DNA of 17,200 nucleotides, from NCBI GenBank assembly GCA_040386535.1, contig JAZKFH010000077.1:1-17200 (forward strand), read 5' to 3'. The notes beneath the pieces are model-generated. The model was not told where the DNA came from and did no database searches. It saw only the letters and a program-made list of their open reading frames with translations. Numbering within the stretch: position 1 is the first letter of the stretch; each line of letters starts with the position of its first letter. Below, in pieces: positions 16,398-17,200 of this stretch. Position numbers and translations under genes: made by a program. The DNA comes from Myxococcota bacterium (GTDB lineage: Bacteria; Myxococcota_A; UBA796; SXON01).

Positions 16398-16499
16398 CGC
16401 GGTCATCGACGCGGGATCATTTCGGATGATCGCTGGATTTGGCCGCCACGCGGTCACGGAGGCGGGATCATCCCGGATGATCGCTGGATCTGGCCGTCA
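16398..16499. repeat. Tandem array B: 51-bp unit x2, two hairpins per period
   Basis: Units at 16398 (CGCGGTCATCGACGCGGGATCATTTCGGATGATCGCTGGATTTGGCCGCCA) and 16449 (CGCGGTCACGGAGGCGGGATCATCCCGGATGATCGCTGGATCTGGCCGTCA). Confidence 0.9.
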
Positions 16500-16836
16500 A
16501 CCGCGCGCTGAACGCGACCCAGTCGGACGGGTACCTGGCCAGGTGGTCCACGAAGCTCGCAACCGGGCGCTCGCGCAGGAGGCGGTCGATCGTGCTCTCG
16601 ATGAGCGGTGCCGCATCCTCCCTCTCTTCGAGGTAGCGAATTCCAAGGGCCGGGTAGGCGCCCAGGTATTCGACCCAAATCACCTCGAGCTCTAGCGAAT
16701 CCAACATCGCGCCCAGCTCCAGCTTCAGCTGCTCGATGAGCCAGTGCAACAGCGCGACGGTGATCGGGAAGTCCTCTGGGGTGCCGAGAATTTTGCTCAG
16801 GCCCTCGGGTTCGACAATCTGGAAGCCACGATTCAT
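16468..16836 (-). CDS. Hypothetical protein (122 aa), lower GC, flanked by arrays B and C
   Basis: Globular-looking composition (L/E/I-rich, not the R/P/A/G of shadow ORFs). GC is about 60% by hand count of 16681-16740, lower than neighbouring genes. The stop codon lies inside array B. No family recognised. Confidence 0.65.
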   Translation of the reverse strand: MNRGFQIVEPEGLSKILGTPEDFPITVALLHWLIEQLKLELGAMLDSLELEVIWVEYLGAYPALGIRYLEEREDAAPLIESTIDRLLRERPVASFVDHLARYPSDWVAFSARLTARSSDHPG

Positions 16837-16904
16837 GTGTCACGAACGTAGCCCGCTTGCACCGAACGGACATCGAAACAACCCCCCAACCACCCCGCCC
16901 ACCT

Positions 16905-17108
16905 CCGCCCCACGGACGAAACCCGCCCACCTGTTCGACAGGTCCCCCGACTCCGTCCGCCACACGGACGAAACCCGCCCACCTGTCGGACAGGTCCCCC
17001 GACTTCGTCCGCCCCGCGGACGAAACCCGCCCCCCTGTCGGACACCCCCCCCGACTTCGTCCGCCCCGCGGACGAAACCCGCCTACCTGTTCGACAGGTC
17101 CCCCGACT
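16905..17108. repeat. Intergenic tandem array C: 52-bp unit x4, two hairpins per unit
   Basis: GGACGAAACCCGCC recurs at 16914, 16966, 17018 and 17070. Stems TTCGTCCGC/GCGGACGAA and ACCTGT/ACAGGT. Confidence 0.95.
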
Positions 17109-17200
17109 GGGTGTGATCGGTTTCAGTCGGTCCTGGCCTGAGCGACGAGTTTGGTTCACGGGGAGGGACCGCAGTCGGCCGATGACCGAGCATCTCTCGA

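Noticed and set aside
16398..16870. Integron cassette with a canonical attC around the 122-aa ORF
   Set aside because: No matched RYYYAAC...GTTRRRY pair was found downstream of the gene and no integrase is present. Only a loose structural analogy remains.
17109..17200. Possible gene end at the right edge
   Set aside because: Too short, and no frame gives a recognisable product.

Overview
Very GC-rich bacterial DNA, probably Myxococcota (inferred from the MopE-type Cys/Asp repeats, the FG-GAP propeller protein and the wHTH-STAND-TPR regulator). From left to right: three minus-strand surface or secreted protein genes (TadE/TadG-like protein truncated by the window edge; FG-GAP beta-propeller protein with CARDB and Cys-rich domains; lipoprotein with a glycoside-hydrolase-like barrel); a YdeI/OmpD-associated protein; a compact pstSCAB-like operon without phoU or phoBR, preceded by a perfect 15-4-15 palindrome and followed convergently by a Cys-bearing ArsR/SmtB regulator; an amidase; a divergent TetR / ketopantoate-reductase-like pair with twin operators; and a minus-strand run of DUF1801, wHTH-STAND-TPR and a membrane-anchored protein, preceded by a lower-GC orphan ORF. 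There are two main leads. (1) A candidate ArsR-controlled, PhoB-independent Pst-like transporter whose binding protein has a non-canonical ligand motif. (2) Three intergenic tandem arrays with largely different sequences but the same design: a 51-52 bp period, two dyad axes half a period apart, and 6-9 nt unpaired linkers. All family assignments come from motif recognition by eye; no searches were run.
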